Positions 16,344 to 20,000 of a stretch of DNA of 20,000 nt are shown here, one piece after another. The notes beneath the pieces are model-generated. The model had not been told where the DNA came from and did no database searches. It saw nothing but the letters and a program-made list of their open reading frames with translations. This stretch comes from an uncultured Methanosarcinales archaeon (GTDB lineage: Archaea; Nanobdellota; Nanobdellia; Woesearchaeales; CAXGTL01), in contig CAZHVK010000008.1 in assembly GCA_964535955.1 (NCBI GenBank), positions 52,435 through 72,434 on the forward strand, written 5' to 3'. The translations under genes were made by a program, and so were the position numbers. Position 1 is the first letter of the stretch. Every line of letters starts with the position of its first letter.

Positions 16344-16462
16344 GCCCCTGTAGCTTAATGGCTAGAGCAGCACTCTCGTAAAGTGCAGGTTGCAGGTTCA
16401 AACAGACTCACTGGCGTTTGATACTTTCAACGCTAGGAGCATTGAAAATCCTGCCAGGGGCT
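16344..16462 (+). tRNA. tRNA-Thr(CGU) with 46-nt intron at 59/60 (16403-16448)
   Basis: Acceptor GCCCCTG/CAGGGGC; anticodon arm GCACT-CT-CGT-AA-AGTGC; T stem GCAGG/CCTGC; BHB helix ttca/tgaa with bulges aac and aat restores TTCAAAT; U73. Confidence 0.93.
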
Positions 16463-16549
16463 TATACTTCTTCTCATATATTTCAATATAGAAATATTTA
16501 TAAAATCATTAGAAAACATATATTATATATACATTTGGGGGTTATATTT

Positions 16550-17491
16550 ATGGAACAAGAAAGAGCATTAGAAAAAAGATTAGACCAAACTGAAAGTTTA
16601 AAAAAATTATTACTATTAGAGCAAGATACATTAGATCAATATATAGAATTCTTAACAAAAGAATATCTTAATGATGACTTTTTTGAAAGAGCAAGAAAAA
16701 ATGAAGAATATGAACCAGAAGCAATTAGGCTTTTTGAAGACTTTGTTAAATATAAAGGCAATGATGAAAAAAGAATAAAAGATATTGCTGATGATGAAGA
16801 ATATATAAATAAAATGTGTAATGGATTAAAAACAAGCCCTATTATTGAAAACATTATTGAAGCATTGGACTTGTTTGAATTTTATCATTTTGTATTTGAA
16901 AAATCTCATACACTAGAAAAAGCTAATATAACTAATTATTCATATTCTGTTCCTGCAGATATATTTACTAAATTTGATATAAGTGTTTCAGAAAAACAAG
17001 GTCCAGATATTGTAACTAGTGTTGATATCAGTCCATTAGATACTGATTCTAAAAAAGAACTTATTGAATATGTAGTAGCACATTATGAAAGAAGAAATGG
17101 AATATGGTTATCTGATTTAAGCCAAAATAAGATATATATTGCTTGGGAAAGTATATTTGAAGCATATAATGAAAATCCTGTTCCTTTAATCAGGACAAGG
17201 TGTCCATTTGTTGCTCCAATCAATTTATTTGCTCCGTTAAGAAGAGCAGAACCATTAAGTGATATGCTTGGTGTAGATTTTAATATAGAAGAAGATGATA
17301 AATTTAAGGAAAGATTTAAAATATATTCTAAATTCTATGAAAAATACAAAAAAAATCCAACAAATTATTATTCAATATTTTCAGATTTTTGTAAAGCAAT
17401 AGATAGAATGGAAAACCCTACAATACCAAGAAAATTATATAATGTTTGTTATAGTGGATTTAGAAAGATCTTTAGTCGCAGGGATAAATAA
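16550..17491 (+). CDS. Hypothetical protein, 313 aa
   Basis: ATG at 16550 after a GGGGG SD-like run; the ORF-track start at 16418 lies inside the tRNA; no family recognised. Confidence 0.75.
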   Translation: MEQERALEKRLDQTESLKKLLLLEQDTLDQYIEFLTKEYLNDDFFERARKNEEYEPEAIRLFEDFVKYKGNDEKRIKDIADDEEYINKMCNGLKTSPIIENIIEALDLFEFYHFVFEKSHTLEKANITNYSYSVPADIFTKFDISVSEKQGPDIVTSVDISPLDTDSKKELIEYVVAHYERRNGIWLSDLSQNKIYIAWESIFEAYNENPVPLIRTRCPFVAPINLFAPLRRAEPLSDMLGVDFNIEEDDKFKERFKIYSKFYEKYKKNPTNYYSIFSDFCKAIDRMENPTIPRKLYNVCYSGFRKIFSRRDK

Positions 17492-17493
17492 AT

Positions 17494-18435
17494 CTATTTA
17501 TTTTTTTGTGATTTTTTCTTGTTTTTTGCCTTTTTAACTTCTTTTTCTAATTTAAGTTTTATAATAAGTTCTTTATATCTGTTTCTTATTGTAACTTCTG
17601 TAACGCCTGCAACATCTGCAACTTCTCTTTGTGTTCTTTTTTCACCATGAATCAAAGATGAAATATATAAAGCTGCAGCTGCTATACCACTAGGGCCTTT
17701 ACCAGATGTTAATTCTAATTTCTGAGCTTTTTCTAAGAACTCAATTGCTTTGGTTTGACATTCTGGACTTAATTTTAATTTGCTTGAAAACCTACTGATA
17801 TAATCAACAGGATTAGTAGGTAAAACAAAAATTTTTAGTTCTCTTACTACAAACCTATAGATTTTTCCAATTTCTTTTTTTTCAATACCTGATGCAGAAG
17901 ATAATTCCTCTAATTTTCTTGGCATTTCATGGATCTTGCAAGCAGCATATAGAACAGCAGAAACAACAGATTCCATTGATCTTCCACGAACCAATCCTTT
18001 TTGTGCAGCTGTCTTATATATACGAGCTGCTTCTTCTTCGATAGCTTTTGGTAATTTTAAAATAGATGAAAATCTTTTTATTTCTGATAATGAAAATCTA
18101 AGATTCTTCTCAAGACCAGAATTACCAATATATTGCTGTTTTCTCAATCTTATCATTTTATATTTATCTTTACCTTTTAATTTACTAATATCTGCTTTAC
18201 TTCCAATTTCAGTACGTAAAGGATCAAAGTCTAAATCAGAAATAGGTGATCCTGTTCTTCTTTTTGCTGCATCTGCACCACTATTTTCACCAAACTCACG
18301 CCATTCTTGACCATGATCTATAACCTTATCATCAATAACTAAACCACATTCTTTACAAAGAATCTGTCCTTTATCTTTATCATAATAAATTTTCTTTCTT
18401 CCGCATTCTGGACATTTTTCTATGAAACCTGACAT
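17494..18435 (-). CDS. tfb: Transcription initiation factor IIB (TFB), diverged paralog
   Basis: CPECG..CKECG Zn ribbon, EWREF, GLVRGRS, TQREVADVAGVTEVTIRNRYKEL. Confidence 0.95.
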   Translation of the reverse strand: MSGFIEKCPECGRKKIYYDKDKGQILCKECGLVIDDKVIDHGQEWREFGENSGADAAKRRTGSPISDLDFDPLRTEIGSKADISKLKGKDKYKMIRLRKQQYIGNSGLEKNLRFSLSEIKRFSSILKLPKAIEEEAARIYKTAAQKGLVRGRSMESVVSAVLYAACKIHEMPRKLEELSSASGIEKKEIGKIYRFVVRELKIFVLPTNPVDYISRFSSKLKLSPECQTKAIEFLEKAQKLELTSGKGPSGIAAAALYISSLIHGEKRTQREVADVAGVTEVTIRNRYKELIIKLKLEKEVKKAKNKKKSQKNK

Positions 18436-18483
18436 TTCAAATATTCCCTCATAATTTTTTATTAAAAAATAAGAAAACTAATT

Positions 18484-19419
18484 TTATCTTCGTCTTTTCT
18501 TTTTCTTAGTGTTTTTAATTTCTTTTTCTAGCTTGAGTCTTTCTAATAATTCCTTATAACGGTTCCTTATTGTAACTTCTGTAACACCTGCTACATCTGC
18601 AACTTCTCTTTGTGTTCTTTTTTCACCATGAATTAGCGCACTAACATATAATGCTGCTGCAGCTATGCCAGTAGGTCCTCTTCCTGATGTTAGTTCTACT
18701 TCTTGTGCTTTTTCTAGAATTTCCATTGCACGAGATTGTGATTCTGCACTTAATTTTAATGCACTTGCAAATCTTGCAATATAATCAGCAGGATTACTTG
18801 GTAAAATTGAGATTCCTAGTTCTCTTGTAACAAATCTGTATGTTCTGCCTATTTCTTTTTTCTCAATACCAGATGCTTCTGATAATTCATCTAATGTTCT
18901 TGGTACTTCATGACGCCTACATGCTGCGTATAATGCTCCTGATACAACAGATTCCATTGATCTTCCTCTTACAAGACCTCTTTGTACAGCCATTCTATAA
19001 ATACGAGCTGCTTCTTCTTCAACACTTCCTGGTAATTTTAGATAAGAAGATACTCTTTTTAATTCTGATAATGCTAATTTTAAGTTTCTTTCTATTGCAG
19101 TTGATATTCTTGACTGCCATTTCCTAAGTCTAAAGAATTTGTTTCTGTTTTTTCCAGCTAATTTAAATAAATCTGATTTTTGACCAATCTCTGTTCCTAG
19201 CCCCATATCAAACTCTGTATCAGAAATTGGTGCGCCTGTTCTTCTTTTAGATGCATCTGCGCCAGCATTTTCACCAAATTCACGCCATTCTTGACCAAAA
19301 TCAATCATCTTGTCTTCAATAACAAGACCACAATCTTTACAAATAACTTCTCCTTTTTCTTTATTATGAAATAGATTTATTCCGCCGCATTCTGGGCATT
19401 TTTTAACAAAGTGTGTCAT
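18484..19419 (-). CDS. tfb: Transcription initiation factor IIB (TFB), canonical copy
   Basis: CPECG..CKDCG, EWREF, RLRKWQ, ERNL, GLVRGRS, PRTLDEL, SGRGP, TQREVADVAGVTEVTIRNRYKEL. Confidence 0.97.
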   Translation of the reverse strand: MTHFVKKCPECGGINLFHNKEKGEVICKDCGLVIEDKMIDFGQEWREFGENAGADASKRRTGAPISDTEFDMGLGTEIGQKSDLFKLAGKNRNKFFRLRKWQSRISTAIERNLKLALSELKRVSSYLKLPGSVEEEAARIYRMAVQRGLVRGRSMESVVSGALYAACRRHEVPRTLDELSEASGIEKKEIGRTYRFVTRELGISILPSNPADYIARFASALKLSAESQSRAMEILEKAQEVELTSGRGPTGIAAAALYVSALIHGEKRTQREVADVAGVTEVTIRNRYKELLERLKLEKEIKNTKKKKRRR

Positions 19420-19618
19420 AGTATTTTCACCTACCTATATTTATTAAAACAAATATTACAATTAATCTATTCAACCCCTAGTTTTTTATGAGTGATTAAT
19501 AAGTTCAATAACTTTATATAGGTAAAGTAATAATCCTTTATAAAGGTTTCGGTTTTTTAGAAACATTTATATATGGGAGAAAGACTTAAATAGAAGTTTT
19601 ATATCTCTTTTGTTTATT

Positions 19619-19774
19619 ATGATAAAAGATTCTATTCCTAAAGATGTGTTTGATGTTTTAGCTTGTCCTAAGTGTAAAAAAGGGTTAAAATATGTAAATA
19701 ATAAGAAATCTCTTCAATGTAAGGGTTGTAAAGCTAAATATGTGATAAAGGATGGAATTCCTTTGTTGTTGTGA
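19619..19774 (+). CDS. trm112: Trm112-family methyltransferase activator, 51 aa (below ORF-track cutoff)
   Basis: MIKDSIPKDVFDVLACPKCKKGLKYVNNKKSLQCKGCKAKYVIKDGIPLLL carries the LACP.CK..L...C..C...Y.I.DGIP.LL signature. Confidence 0.9.
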   Translation: MIKDSIPKDVFDVLACPKCKKGLKYVNNKKSLQCKGCKAKYVIKDGIPLLL

Positions 19775-19800
19775 GAATTCTTTTGTTTTAATTAAAAAAA

Positions 19801-20000
19801 CGCTGACGCCCGGACTTTCCTTTTACCAGTTCTGATAAAATTTTGAACCGGGATCTCGAGTCTTCGCCACGAGCTCTTCTTCGCTCTGCTCGAAGATATC
19901 CCGAAGGAAACTGGCTTGCCTGATTCTTAGTGATTGAACACTCAAGGCTTACACTTACTTATTAGGTAATCAGCGCAGTACCAGGTTGTGCCACGTCAGC
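19801..20000 (-). tRNA. tRNA-Ser(UGA) interrupted by four introns (19970-19949, 19940-19917, 19897-19855, 19841-19815)
   Basis: Spliced product is 84 nt: GCTGACG TG GCACAACCTGGTACTGC G CTGGC CT TGA GA GCCAG TTTCCTTCGGGATAT CCCGG TTCAAAT CCGGG CGTCAGC G. It has a long variable arm and G73 (serine identity); each junction has a BHB-like motif; a T-run follows. Confidence 0.9.

Noticed and set aside
16418..16549. N-terminal extension of the 357-aa ORF
   Set aside because: It starts inside the tRNA-Thr gene; ATG 16550 has its own SD-like and TATA signals.
16463..17493. Integrated element at tRNA-Thr
   Set aside because: No integrase and no duplicated tRNA 3' end (att) seen; only a single ORFan.
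1887..19127. Short antisense or off-frame ORFs in the track (e.g. 1887-2147, 2534-2758, 5387-5677, 7609-7896, 8890-9168, 15205-15495, 17936-18310, 18840-19127)
   Set aside because: They overlap well-supported genes and show the F/S/L/I-rich composition expected from the reverse strand of K/E-rich AT-biased genes.

Overview
AT-rich archaeal chromosomal segment, probably DPANN/Woesearchaeota-like (lineage is inference). Archaeal markers include gatE, XPD/Rad3, rpl21e-rpo4-DUF655, two tandem TFBs, Trm112, BRE-TATA promoters and BHB-intron tRNAs. Three things stand out. (1) Two tandem, essentially full-length bacterial-type sigma70 (RpoD/RpoS-like) genes, one missing from the ORF track, each behind an archaeal BRE-TATA promoter. 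Both keep the core-binding region 2.2 but have lost the promoter-melting Trp dyad. (2) A tRNA-Ser(UGA) gene that parses into five exons and four BHB-type introns, one of them in the variable arm. (3) A ~470-nt non-coding stretch (9909-10376) of consecutive long hairpins behind a TATA box, followed by a 44-aa membrane peptide ORF. Smaller oddities: an 18-bp perfect inverted repeat, a GatE lacking its AspRS-like insertion, a diverged TFB duplicate, a T-loop intron in tRNA-Thr(CGU), and a zinc-finger plus atypical UDG pair where rsmA/ksgA often sits. All calls are by eye; no searches were run.
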